NCBI GenBank assembly: GCA_963729625.1
Contig: CAVSOU010000017.1
Span: forward strand, 32,001-96,000
Direction of reading: 5' to 3'
From: an uncultured bacterium
GTDB lineage: Bacteria > Chloroflexota > UBA5177 > JANWHV01
DNA: 64,000 nucleotides
In this document: positions 9,425 through 19,106 of the stretch, piece after piece
Numbering within the stretch: position 1 is the stretch's first letter
How the letters are laid out: the number at the start of each line of letters is the position of its first letter
Notes under the pieces: model-generated
Seen by the model: only the letters and a program-made list of their open reading frames with translations
Database searches by the model: none
Told to the model about the DNA's origin: nothing
Translations under genes and position numbers: made by a program

Positions 9425-10540
9425 ATGCTACCTTCCTTCGGAAACACTCAGAGCCGACGGCGGCGTGTATCTAGCGGAGTGGGCTTGGCACTTGTGCTCG
9501 CCATCATGCTCAGCGCGTCGTCGCCTTTCGCTCCTAGATCTTCGGTCAAGGCTGCGTCGCCGAACAAGACGAGCTTCACGATTATTGCACTTGCGAAATC
9601 ACTGGACAATCCTGCCTTCGCCGTCGCCAAGACGGGAGCGCAGGTCCGCATCAGCCAGGTGAAGAAGGACGGCATCTCGGTCAACCTGCAGTGGGAGGCG
9701 CCGTCCGATGGCTCCGAGGCTACCATGGCGTCCATGATCGATTCGGCGATCGCTGCACATCCTGACGGCCTGTTGATTGATAGCCTCGGACCCGCGGTAT
9801 GCACGGCCGTCGACGAAGCGATCAAGGCAGGTGTCCCGGTCATCATGTGGGACTCCGACTGCCCGACAAGCAAGCGCATGTCGTACGTCGGGTCGGATAA
9901 CTATCAGGGTGGGCAGGTAGCCGCGAAACTATTCGTGGAAGATTGGAACAAGACGCACAAGGGCGTCGTTCCGCAACTGGCGATTCTGATCACCACGCCG
10001 GGCGCCTTCAACATCGGCCAACGGGCTGATGGGTTCACTGCTGAGCTCAAGGCACTCAAGTTCAACTACAAGCTCGTGGTGGAGCCGCAGGGCGATGATG
10101 ACATCGCGAAGTCCGTTGACGCGGTGGAGACCACGCTTCAAGGGAACGCGAATATCAATGCGTTCTACTTCGCTCAGCCGCTGGCACTGTTGTCGGCCGG
10201 CAACCAGCTCCCGAACCTCACCAAGCGGGTGCAGAGCGGGCAGATGGTTGTCGTGTCTTTCGACACGCTTCAACCCCAGTTGAAGTGGGTGGAAAACGGC
10301 ACCGTGTATGGGGAGGTCGGACAGAGGTACTACGACTGGGGCTACGAAGGCATGACCGTGATGCTGAACGTGGCGAAGTACGGAGCCACGTATCCGGCCT
10401 TTGTCAATACCGGCATCGATATCGTGACGAAGGCCGGGGGCCCTGGGCGCAATACGGCAGCTTCCTTCGATGTGAAGTGGAAGCACTTCTCCTTCTCGGA
10501 TCTGCCAATCAAGCCCAGCAAGGGTAAGTACCTTCCATAG
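9425..10540 (+). CDS. Sugar ABC substrate-binding protein (Peripla_BP_4)
   Basis: Signal-like N-terminus, KSLDNPAF, YVGSDNYQGG, VGQRYYDWGY, VNTGIDIV. Confidence 0.9.
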   Translation: MLPSFGNTQSRRRRVSSGVGLALVLAIMLSASSPFAPRSSVKAASPNKTSFTIIALAKSLDNPAFAVAKTGAQVRISQVKKDGISVNLQWEAPSDGSEATMASMIDSAIAAHPDGLLIDSLGPAVCTAVDEAIKAGVPVIMWDSDCPTSKRMSYVGSDNYQGGQVAAKLFVEDWNKTHKGVVPQLAILITTPGAFNIGQRADGFTAELKALKFNYKLVVEPQGDDDIAKSVDAVETTLQGNANINAFYFAQPLALLSAGNQLPNLTKRVQSGQMVVVSFDTLQPQLKWVENGTVYGEVGQRYYDWGYEGMTVMLNVAKYGATYPAFVNTGIDIVTKAGGPGRNTAASFDVKWKHFSFSDLPIKPSKGKYLP

Positions 10541-10589
10541 GCACTAGCAAACTGGTGTAGCCCGCGCAAGGCAATCGCGTCGACCACTG

Positions 10590-10631
10590 GCACGGTGCCG
10601 GAAGAGCGTTGATACTCTTCTGGCACTGTGC
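10590..10631. terminator. Stem-loop between convergent genes
   Basis: GCACGGTGCCGGAAGAG-loop-CTCTTCTGGCACTGTGC inverted repeat with G-U pairs. Confidence 0.6.
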
Positions 10632-10663
10632 TGGTGATTCGGCCGGGAACGGTAATCCTCCCG

Positions 10664-11179
10664 CTAGTCCGTCACGAGACCAATGAAGACTTGGGAGACA
10701 CGGCCATTGCCGGAGAAGTCGAATTGTGTAAGGACTCCGCCGGGACGTCTGCTGCCAACGTAGCAGGGGCGACCGGGATCACGATCGCAGCGGATGCGCG
10801 GGACGCGGGCAGCGACGGCGGCACGTGTCGAGCCGACCCCGATATCGTCGACGGTCCGCTCGAACGAGGACGTCGTCGAGACACTGGTAACGGCGTCTTC
10901 TCCATGGAAGATCACAAGCTCGTGAGGGTAGATATACTCAAGCTGGGGCGCATAGTAAGGGTCTGCGTGGACAGTTCGGTTGGGTGTGCCCAGAATCCTT
11001 CGCACCTGGTTTGGGCTCATGCCAAGGTCCACGCCGCCGATGCCTTTCCCGACAACGATAGTTCCCTTTGTCACAGATAGCGGCGATAGCCAGGTTAGCA
11101 TGACGATGCCGGCCATCAGGGGCCCTGCCTGGCGCACCCAGACGAGGATTTGACGGGGGTGACAGCCTGCCAGTCTCAT
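10664..11179 (-). CDS. Putative secreted hypothetical protein
   Basis: Hydrophobic N-terminal segment; IGGVDLGMSPNQVRRILGTP and IGVGSTRAAV internal repeat-like motifs. Confidence 0.65.
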   Translation of the reverse strand: MRLAGCHPRQILVWVRQAGPLMAGIVMLTWLSPLSVTKGTIVVGKGIGGVDLGMSPNQVRRILGTPNRTVHADPYYAPQLEYIYPHELVIFHGEDAVTSVSTTSSFERTVDDIGVGSTRAAVAARVPRIRCDRDPGRPCYVGSRRPGGVLTQFDFSGNGRVSQVFIGLVTD

Positions 11180-11324
11180 GCACGTGACTCCTTCCCATCC
11201 GATTATCTCCGGCGATGTCGATTCTGGCTACGACATCTACCACGTGCAGGCGGGCCCAATGGCCAAAGGGTCAGAGACGGATGGTGCCGCTCATACCGCG
11301 GCCCAAACCGAAAGGAGCAGTACG

Positions 11325-12092
11325 ATGGGCGTCTTGCAGGCCTTCGATCTCACTGGCAAGGTTGCACTGGTGACCGGTGGGAATACGGGGCTGGGCGAGG
11401 CATTCGCGCATGCCCTATCCGAAGCAGGTGCGAGCGTGGCGATTGCCGCGAGGACCCGTGCCAAGAGCGAAGCGGTGGTCCGGGATATCGAGGCCGCCGG
11501 AGGGCAGGCCGCGGCATTTGACGTGGATGTGACCAAGCCCGAGCAGGTCAGCCGGCTGGTGGCAGCAGCGACCGATCGGCTCGGACCCATCGACATCCTG
11601 GTCAACAATGCGGGGGCCTGCTACCACCGACCCGCACTCGACGTCCCGCAGGATGAGTGGCATAGCGTGATGGACGTCAACGTGAATGGCGTGTGGTATT
11701 GCGCACAGGCTGTTGGGCGCCAGATGGTGGAGCGGAGGACGGGCACGATTGTCAATATCGGGTCCATAGCAGCTTCCATCGTCGTTCGGCCGCAGATGCA
11801 GCCGGCCTACAACGCCTCAAAGGCCGCCGTCCACCAACTGACACGGTCGCTCGCCGCCGAATGGGCGCCTTTCAACGTGCGGGTGAACGCCATTGCCCCA
11901 GGGTACTTCAAGACAGCGATGGCCCCGGTCGACGACCCGAAGTATCGGCGGCATTGGATCGAAGACACGCCCATGCTGCGCTACGGCTACCCGGACGAGC
12001 TCGGGCCGACACTTATCTACCTGGCCTCGGATGCGTCGAGGTTTGTTACCGGGACGGTACTGGTCATCGACGGCGGCTATTCGCTCTGGTGA
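11325..12092 (+). CDS. Short-chain dehydrogenase/reductase (polyol dehydrogenase-like)
   Basis: TGGNTGLG, NNAG, YNASK catalytic motif, VVRPQMQ; AAAGGAG RBS. Confidence 0.93.
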   Translation: MGVLQAFDLTGKVALVTGGNTGLGEAFAHALSEAGASVAIAARTRAKSEAVVRDIEAAGGQAAAFDVDVTKPEQVSRLVAAATDRLGPIDILVNNAGACYHRPALDVPQDEWHSVMDVNVNGVWYCAQAVGRQMVERRTGTIVNIGSIAASIVVRPQMQPAYNASKAAVHQLTRSLAAEWAPFNVRVNAIAPGYFKTAMAPVDDPKYRRHWIEDTPMLRYGYPDELGPTLIYLASDASRFVTGTVLVIDGGYSLW

Positions 12093-12207
12093 CTAAATCT
12101 GTAGGTGATTGCGTCCCTCTTGCCCAAGCTTTTGGCCCAGCATCAGTCGTACAATGCGGTTCGGTTGCAGCAGAGTTTCGCCAGCAGAATGTCGGGGTAG
12201 TTGGTAT

Positions 12208-13380
12208 ATGGCTATAACGGACATTCGAAGACTCAACGTTGGGTTGGTCGGTGGTGGATTCATGGGCAAGGTGCACTCGCTCGCCTATGCCAGCATGCCG
12301 TTCTATTTCTGGCCGCCGCCGGCATTTCCGCAGCGCAAGGTGATCGCGGAAGTCACTGACGACCTCGCCAAGACGGCGGCGGCTCGTTTCGGTTACGAGT
12401 CGTGGACGAGCGACTGGCGCCAGTTGATCGCCGACCCGGACATTGACATTATTGACATCTCGTCGCCGAACAATACGCACTGCGAGATCGCCATAGCTGC
12501 CGCTGAGGCGGGAAAGCATATCATCTGTGAGAAACCGCTTGCGCGCACCGCGGAGGAGGCCGGCGAGATGGCGAAGGCGGTCGCCCGCGCCGGAGTCGTG
12601 AACATGGTGGCCTTCAACTATCGCCGCGTGCCGGCAATCGCGCTCGCCAAGCAGTACATTGACGAGGGCGCTATCGGACGCATACTGAGCTGTCGCGCCA
12701 CCTATTTCCAAGACTGGTCGGCCGATCCGCAGTCGCCATTCACATGGCGCTTCAAGAAGGCGATTGCCGGCTCGGGAGCGCTCGGCGACATCGCGGCGCA
12801 CTCGCTCGATCTAGCGCGTTACCTGGTCGGTGAGATCTCGTCCGTGACAGGCACCTTACAGACCCACGTCAAGGAACGACCCCTCGGGATAGCCGGCCTC
12901 GACGGTGACGCGCCTCGCACTGAGGTGGTAGATGTCGACGACGAGGTGCATATCCTGGCGCGGTTCGCAAACGGCGCCGTCGGGACGTTCGGGGCGACGC
13001 GCAACGCCCATGGACGCCGGAACTATGACACACTCGAAATCCATGGCGAGCTTGGATCCATCTATTTTGATTACGAAAGGCTCGGTGAGTTGCAGGTCTG
13101 CCTCGCCGCGGACGGCGAGGAGAAGAAGGCCTTTCGCAGAATCATGACCGGACCACCCCACCCGTATGGGGAGGCGCTGTGGCCTGTTGCGGGAGTCGGC
13201 TTCGGCTACGCCGAGACCAAGGTCATCGAGTGCTACGAATTCTGTCGAGCGATCGCGGAGGGCATTCCCGCGTCGCCCGATTTCAGCGACGGCTATCAGA
13301 TCGCGCGCATCTGCGAGGCGGTGCAACAGTCGGCGGCTAGCGGCGCGTGGGTGGAAATCCCGCCGCGCGCCGTCGTCTAG
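12208..13380 (+). CDS. Levoglucosan dehydrogenase-like Gfo/Idh/MocA oxidoreductase
   Basis: 390 aa; LNVGLVGGGFMGKVHSLAYASMPFYFWPPPA, CEKPLART, YFQDWSADP, TGPPHPYGEALWP match my recollection of actinobacterial LGDH. Confidence 0.8.
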   Translation: MAITDIRRLNVGLVGGGFMGKVHSLAYASMPFYFWPPPAFPQRKVIAEVTDDLAKTAAARFGYESWTSDWRQLIADPDIDIIDISSPNNTHCEIAIAAAEAGKHIICEKPLARTAEEAGEMAKAVARAGVVNMVAFNYRRVPAIALAKQYIDEGAIGRILSCRATYFQDWSADPQSPFTWRFKKAIAGSGALGDIAAHSLDLARYLVGEISSVTGTLQTHVKERPLGIAGLDGDAPRTEVVDVDDEVHILARFANGAVGTFGATRNAHGRRNYDTLEIHGELGSIYFDYERLGELQVCLAADGEEKKAFRRIMTGPPHPYGEALWPVAGVGFGYAETKVIECYEFCRAIAEGIPASPDFSDGYQIARICEAVQQSAASGAWVEIPPRAVV

Positions 13381-13535
13381 AGCCTGGGATCCGAAAGCGG
13401 ATTGAGCCGACCCGAAGCGGCGGAGCGGAATGGCCTTGTTGCCGCTCCTCTGCACTGTGCGCGGCCTAGCAGCGAGCCCGACCCGAGCGCGGTCAGGAAG
13501 GTATTGCGGCGACTGGTCGGAGGAGGGATGGCGGC

Positions 13536-14441
13536 ATGAACGAATCCGAACTGCTTCTAGACGCGGCTGGTACGCTCAGCGTCCGGTCAAAGGTCAAGAC
13601 CAACGGTATCGAGCTCGCCTACACAGAGCACGGTGTGGGGAAGCCGCTCGTCTTGATCATGGGCCTGGGCGCCGACGGCTCTGCATGGGCGCCGCACGTC
13701 GAGGCATATGCCACGCGCTATCGCTGCATCGCGGTTGACAACCGCGGAGTCGGGGCATCGAGCAAACCTCCGGGCCCCTCCACCACTGCGGAAATGGCGG
13801 ACGATTACGCTGGACTGATTGGCGCGCTCGACCTCGGGCGCGTGCGGGTCGTCGGGATCTCGATGGGTGGCGCGATCGCCCAGGAGATCGCCCTTCGCCA
13901 CCCGGATCTCGTTGAGCGACTCGTCCTCGTGGCAACGTGGGCACGGCTTGACGCCTACGCGAAAGACGTGATTGCCCATTTCGCGCGCGTCAGAGCCCTC
14001 GCGCCGGCGGAATTCTCGCGGCTGCTTCAGCTGTGGCTCTGGCCGCCGGAATACATGGACGCGCACTTCGCGGATCTTGTGGAGGCCCGCCAGCTGCAGC
14101 AGCTCTGGCTCTGGCCACCCGGTTATGTTAACCAGAACAGGGCGGCGGTGAGGGAAGCTCAGGCGCTCGCCACGGTGGATGTTTCCCAACCGCAGTATGC
14201 CTTCGAGGCCCAGTGCCACGCCTGTATCTCACACGACAGTCTCGACCGTCTCGGGGCAATCCGGGTGCCGACCTTGGTCACCTCTGGTGACAAAGACATC
14301 CTTATCCGACCTGGGCTCTCCAAAGAGCTTCATGCTCATATTCCCGACGCGGAGCTGAAGGTCTTCTCCGGTTCGGGACATGTGCATCATTGGCAGGCGC
14401 TCGATGAATTCAACTCACTAACGATGGAGTGGTTGGCTTGA
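13536..14441 (+). CDS. Alpha/beta hydrolase
   Basis: GISMGG nucleophile elbow, DNRGVG, GDKD acid, GH catalytic His. Confidence 0.92.
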   Translation: MNESELLLDAAGTLSVRSKVKTNGIELAYTEHGVGKPLVLIMGLGADGSAWAPHVEAYATRYRCIAVDNRGVGASSKPPGPSTTAEMADDYAGLIGALDLGRVRVVGISMGGAIAQEIALRHPDLVERLVLVATWARLDAYAKDVIAHFARVRALAPAEFSRLLQLWLWPPEYMDAHFADLVEARQLQQLWLWPPGYVNQNRAAVREAQALATVDVSQPQYAFEAQCHACISHDSLDRLGAIRVPTLVTSGDKDILIRPGLSKELHAHIPDAELKVFSGSGHVHHWQALDEFNSLTMEWLA

Positions 14442-14443
14442 CT

Positions 14444-15280
14444 ATGTCAACGAGTACAAGCATTGCGATTGGCTGCGGCTCCTACACGTGGCATATGAGT
14501 GGCCAGAAGTATATCGGCCGCTTGGACCACCTGGTCGCCGTAGCGGCAGAGGCCGGATTCGCAGGTCTCGAACCCGAGCTGGTCATGCTGGGCGCGGAAT
14601 ACCGCGATCCGCCGCGCCTGGCGGCGGTGCTCGCCGAGCGAGACATGCGACTCGGTGCGATTGCTTTCACAGGCGATTGGCTACACGCGGAGGAAACGCC
14701 CGATGAGCGGGCCGATGCGGATGCATGTCTTCGCCTGCTGAAGCATGTCGGTGAAGGCAAGCTCTTGATGGTGCCGCTACCACTGAGCGGCGACGACGGA
14801 CTGCCGCTCCAGGTTCGACAGGGCCGCGCGCTGAGCTGCATGAACGCGGTCGCTCGCCGCGCTCGCGAGGCGGGAGTGCATGCGACGGTTCATCCCAACT
14901 CCTCTCCGGACTCCGCGTTCCGCACGGCCAAGGACTATGAGGTGCTGTTCGCCGGCCTCGATCCCGACATAGGTTTTACGCCGGACGTCGGGCACATCGC
15001 CCGGGGCGGCATGGATCCGCTCGAGACGATCAAGCGGTATCGGGAGCGGCTCGACCACGTCCACTTCAAGGACATGCACGCGGACGGAACCTGGGCGCCG
15101 ATCGGCGACGGCCGCCTGGACTTCCCCGGGATGGTCTCGTATCTTCACGCGATCGGGTTTGGCGGCTGGATCATATTCGAGGACGAGTCCTCGCTTGCCG
15201 AGTCCGATCCCGACGGCACTACTCGCCGAAACGGAGAGTACGCGCGGACCAGCCTGTTGCCGATCCTTGGGCAAGCTTAA
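14444..15280 (+). CDS. Sugar phosphate isomerase/epimerase TIM-barrel (IolE/LgdB-like)
   Basis: VHPNSS, PDVGHIARGG, HVHFKD, WIIFEDE. Confidence 0.88.
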   Translation: MSTSTSIAIGCGSYTWHMSGQKYIGRLDHLVAVAAEAGFAGLEPELVMLGAEYRDPPRLAAVLAERDMRLGAIAFTGDWLHAEETPDERADADACLRLLKHVGEGKLLMVPLPLSGDDGLPLQVRQGRALSCMNAVARRAREAGVHATVHPNSSPDSAFRTAKDYEVLFAGLDPDIGFTPDVGHIARGGMDPLETIKRYRERLDHVHFKDMHADGTWAPIGDGRLDFPGMVSYLHAIGFGGWIIFEDESSLAESDPDGTTRRNGEYARTSLLPILGQA

Positions 15281-15299
15281 AACCTACAGGAGGTCCGCA

Positions 15300-16295
15300 A
15301 TGCCCATGACCAAGTGGGGCATCATCTCCACGGCGAAGATCAACGAGAAGTTGCTTGCTGGGGCCGCGCTGAGCGAGGAGGTAGAGATCGTCGCGGTTGC
15401 GAGCCGCTCGCGGGCCCGCGCGGAGGCCTTCGCGACGCAGTATGGAATAGCACGTGGGCACGGAAGCTACGAGTCGCTGCTGGCCGATTCCGAGGTCGAA
15501 GCGGTCTACATCTCGCTTCCGAACGGCCTGCATTGTGAATGGGCAATTCGGGCGCTCAAGGCCGGCAAGCACGTGCTGTGCGAGAAGCCCTTGGGCCGCC
15601 GCGTGCGGGATGTGCAGTCCGTATTCGACGCCGCCGCGGCGAACAATCGCCTCTGCATGGAGGCGTTCATGTGGCGGCACAACCCCCAGACCAAGAAGCT
15701 GAAGGAACTGGTCGACCAGGGTGCAATCGGCGTATTGCGGGTCGTCTACTCCTCGCTCAGCTTCACGCTCGACAACCCTGCCGACCCGCGATGGCTACCG
15801 GAGCTCGACGGTGGAGCGTTGATGGACCTTGGATGCTACTGTATCTCGGCTTCCCGGCTTCTCGCCGGTGAGCCGGTGCGCGTCACGGGCCAAGCGCTGA
15901 CCGTGCCCTCGGGCGTCGACATCCGGTTCACGGGAACCTTGTCGTTTCCCAGTGGCGTGCTCGCGCACTTCCACTGCGGATTCGACCTTCCGGACCTGAG
16001 CGACATACAGGTGTTCGGGTCGGAGGGCGTGCTGCAGGTGCAGGATCCGATTCGGGCCCTCAGGCCGGAGCTGCGCTTGGAGCGCCTCGACCAGGCTGAG
16101 CGAATCGCCATCGAGCCAGAGAACTCGTACCGGCTTCAGCTCGAGAATCTCGGCCGCGCTATACGCGGCGAAGCGCATGCCCTGCTCGGTCGGGAGGATG
16201 CGCTCAGCCAAGCTCGAGTGATCGAGGCGCTCTACCGGTCGGCTGAGACGGGGCTGGCAGTCGAGCTTCCTGCAATTGAGGCGCCGTCGAGCTAG
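15300..16295 (+). CDS. Gfo/Idh/MocA oxidoreductase
   Basis: WGIISTAKI, LPNGLH, CEKP, GGALMDLGCY. Confidence 0.92.
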   Translation: MPMTKWGIISTAKINEKLLAGAALSEEVEIVAVASRSRARAEAFATQYGIARGHGSYESLLADSEVEAVYISLPNGLHCEWAIRALKAGKHVLCEKPLGRRVRDVQSVFDAAAANNRLCMEAFMWRHNPQTKKLKELVDQGAIGVLRVVYSSLSFTLDNPADPRWLPELDGGALMDLGCYCISASRLLAGEPVRVTGQALTVPSGVDIRFTGTLSFPSGVLAHFHCGFDLPDLSDIQVFGSEGVLQVQDPIRALRPELRLERLDQAERIAIEPENSYRLQLENLGRAIRGEAHALLGREDALSQARVIEALYRSAETGLAVELPAIEAPSS

Positions 16296-16357
16296 CCTTC
16301 GCGTGCGGATTCGAGGGGCACGAATTGGTTGTTGCCTGAGAAGGAGGTGGCCTGTCA

Positions 16358-17368
16358 ATGAACGAGATGCGGGGCACCATGAAGAAGTTGATCAACGACC
16401 CAGCAAATGTTGTCGATGAAATGTTGGAAGCATTTGTCGCGGCGCACCCAAAGATCGTCTCGCTGGCGTCACCGCGAGTCGTCGCCAGGTCGCATCCGGC
16501 TGGCGACAAGGTCGGCATGACCATCGGCGGCGGGTCCGGCCACGAGCCCGCGATGGTCGGGTATGTTGGACTTGGCTTCGCCGACACGGCAGCCGCGGGC
16601 AACATCTTTGCCGCACCCTCTTCAGACATCGTCCTTGAATCGATCCGGCTGGCGAACCATGGACGAGGTGTTGTCCTGGTGTACGGCAACTACTCCGGGG
16701 ATATCTTGAATTGCAGGCTCGCGATTCAACGAGCAAAGGCAGAGGGAATCGACGTGCGTTCCGTCTTCATCTCCGACGACATCGCGTCGGCGAAGAAGGA
16801 GGAGAGTGACAAGCGCCGGGGCGTCGCCGGCGACATTCCGATCTTCAAGGTGACGGGTGCGGCAGCCGAGGCAGGAATGCCCTTGGAAGACGTGGAACGA
16901 GTGGCTAGGAAGGCGAACGCGGCCACGCGCAGCATGGGAGTCGCGCTGAGTGGGGCAGAACTACCTGGCGCCTCGCGGCCAACCTTCGTATGCGGGCACG
17001 ACGAAATGGAGGTCGGCCTCGGCGTCCACGGCGAGCCTGGGGTTGGCCGACAAGCTCTTCTGTCGGCCGATGAAGTTGGTCGTCTTCTCGCGGGGCGCAT
17101 ACTCGAAGATCTTGAACCACCGAGCGACTCTCAGCTTGCCGTGCTGATCAATGGCCTTGGCGCAACTCCCTTGCTTGAGCAGTACCTGGTCTACAGGTCG
17201 GTTCGCAACTTCCTGATCGCGCGGAAGATGAACGTCGCGCGGTCGTACGTGGGGGAATACATTACATCGCTTCAGATGGCGGGTCTTCATGTCACAATTA
17301 TGTTGCTCGACGACGAATTACTCTCGCTGCTCGATGCACCCGCCAGAACCGTCGCATTCGTTCAGTGA
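16358..17368 (+). CDS. dhaK: Dihydroxyacetone/ketose kinase subunit K
   Basis: MKKLINDP, GGGSGHEP, NYSGD, RRGVAG, GVHGEPG. Confidence 0.92.
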   Translation: MNEMRGTMKKLINDPANVVDEMLEAFVAAHPKIVSLASPRVVARSHPAGDKVGMTIGGGSGHEPAMVGYVGLGFADTAAAGNIFAAPSSDIVLESIRLANHGRGVVLVYGNYSGDILNCRLAIQRAKAEGIDVRSVFISDDIASAKKEESDKRRGVAGDIPIFKVTGAAAEAGMPLEDVERVARKANAATRSMGVALSGAELPGASRPTFVCGHDEMEVGLGVHGEPGVGRQALLSADEVGRLLAGRILEDLEPPSDSQLAVLINGLGATPLLEQYLVYRSVRNFLIARKMNVARSYVGEYITSLQMAGLHVTIMLLDDELLSLLDAPARTVAFVQ

Positions 17369-17654
17369 TGCCAGGCAGGCTTCGAGGAGGTGCTTTGTCG
17401 CCGTCGCGAGATAAAGGGCGTGGCAGGCTGCGCAGGCCATATAGGGCTGTGCTGCGAGCGTGCGCTACTGCTTCGGGCCTATTCCAAGGTCGATGCCGCC
17501 GGTGACACGTACAAGGAGGGACAGGACTGGTGCAGTTTGAAACCAGGCACGCGGCTGTAGCCTCGTTCGGGGCGGCAGCACGACTACCAGCGACCAGCCC
17601 CGCAACGTTGCTACTGCGAGTCGTGGCGCTCGCGCGATCTCATGGGCTCGCACA

Positions 17655-18335
17655 ATGACCGTATCCGGCACCGATGGGCTTTCCGTGGCGGAGCGCGCAG
17701 TTGTAGCCGCGGCGCTCGCCCTTGAGGCAGCGTGCGACGAGCTCTGCTGGCTCGACTCGGTGGCCGGCGACGGCAATCATGGGCTGACGATGGCGACGGC
17801 GGCCAAGAGCATCCGGGCCGCTATCTCGGATCGTCCGCCTGCCGACCTCGCCGCCTTGCTTGCCACGAGCGCTGAGAAGCTCGCCGCGGTCGGGGGAGCA
17901 ATGGGGGCGCTCTCCTACGTCCTGGTCCAGGCGGTCGGCGAGGCGGTCGCAGGACGGGTTGGGCAGTTCTCGGCGCTGGAGATCGCCCGCCTGCTCGCGG
18001 TCGCCGAGGATTCTGTCAGTGCGTTCGGCGGGGCGCAGCGTGGCGACAAGACGATCGTCGACGCGATCGCAGGCGCGCGCGATGCGGCAGAGGAGACGTC
18101 ACGGCTCGGGAGATCGGTGACGGAGACGTTGCTCGCCGCGGCCGAAGGGGCACGGAAGGGCGCAGAGTCGACCGCCGAGCTGGTCGCACGGATCGGCAGG
18201 GCGAGCCGGCTCGGCGAGCGAAGCAAAGGAACGGTCGATGCCGGAGCGCGCTCGTTCGCGATCGCGCTTGGCGCGCTGGCCGACACCTACGCCGGCGAAG
18301 CGGAATCCGCGCGATCTCAGAGACAGGGCCAGTGA
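17655..18335 (+). CDS. dhaL: Dihydroxyacetone/ketose kinase subunit L (DAK2)
   Basis: LDSVAGDGNHG, GDKTIVDA, GRASRLGERSKG, DAGA. Confidence 0.88.
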   Translation: MTVSGTDGLSVAERAVVAAALALEAACDELCWLDSVAGDGNHGLTMATAAKSIRAAISDRPPADLAALLATSAEKLAAVGGAMGALSYVLVQAVGEAVAGRVGQFSALEIARLLAVAEDSVSAFGGAQRGDKTIVDAIAGARDAAEETSRLGRSVTETLLAAAEGARKGAESTAELVARIGRASRLGERSKGTVDAGARSFAIALGALADTYAGEAESARSQRQGQ

Positions 18336-18622
18336 TGAAGGGGTTTACTCGCTGCACGTTCTACGGAGTGATCCGCACGTACGTCGTCGCGAAGCAGCTC
18401 CACTTCGACCTTGTCAGGTCCTTGGCCAGGATGTGGACATCGCCGTAGTAGGGAGCTACACCCACAAACGTGTCGATCGTCCCGCCCGGGCTGCGCAGGC
18501 AGGTGCGGCTGCGCACGGCGCAGAGTAACTTGACCGCCGACGCATCGACATACATGGAGCTCAGCCGCGTGTAGCCGGCATCGCGATCGTGTCGATGGTC
18601 GCGCCCCGATTTCTTCGCACCG

Positions 18623-18870
18623 CTACTGTCGAGGAACTCGCACGCTCAGACTGGTATGGAAGCGAAACCGATCCCAGCGGTAGCTGATGCGACAAAGCTC
18701 GATCGGCCGGCCATCCTGATCGAAAGTTGTCTCGCTGGCGTAGAGCAAAGGCTGTCCGGGCGCCAGTTCCAGCAGGGCGGCGACCTCGTCGTCGGCCGGC
18801 ACTGCCTCGAGCACGTAGTCGGCGCGGCTGGGAATATGCCCATGCTTCTGAACATAGACATATTCGGCAC
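18623..18870 (-). pseudogene. GntR-family UTRA domain fragment
   Basis: LEAVPADDEVAALLELAPGQPLL...FDQDGRPIE...YRWDRFRF; no HTH. Confidence 0.75.
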
Positions 18871-18896
18871 GGACAGGGGTCGTCCATTCTGAGCAA

Positions 18897-18953
18897 GCAG
18901 AGCTTGCCGACTTTGACACCCGACCGTCCAAGATGCGCGCACTCCACCATCAT
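18897..18953 (-). pseudogene. Aldo/keto reductase N-terminal remnant
   Basis: MVECAHLGRSGVKVGKLCL resembles the AKR start MEYxxLGRSGLKVSxLCL. Confidence 0.5.
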
Positions 18954-19106
18954 CCCTCGTGGTAATGGGCATCATCACGGCCAGAACTCACCGCAGCATG
19001 CTACTTCAAAGGCAGCGCCCACGTCGGGCCATTGCGGGCGCCGTCGCCTGCTGTACAGTAAGGACGATAGAGTCCTTCCGGGAAGGTCGGTGAGCGACGT
19101 GGCGCA

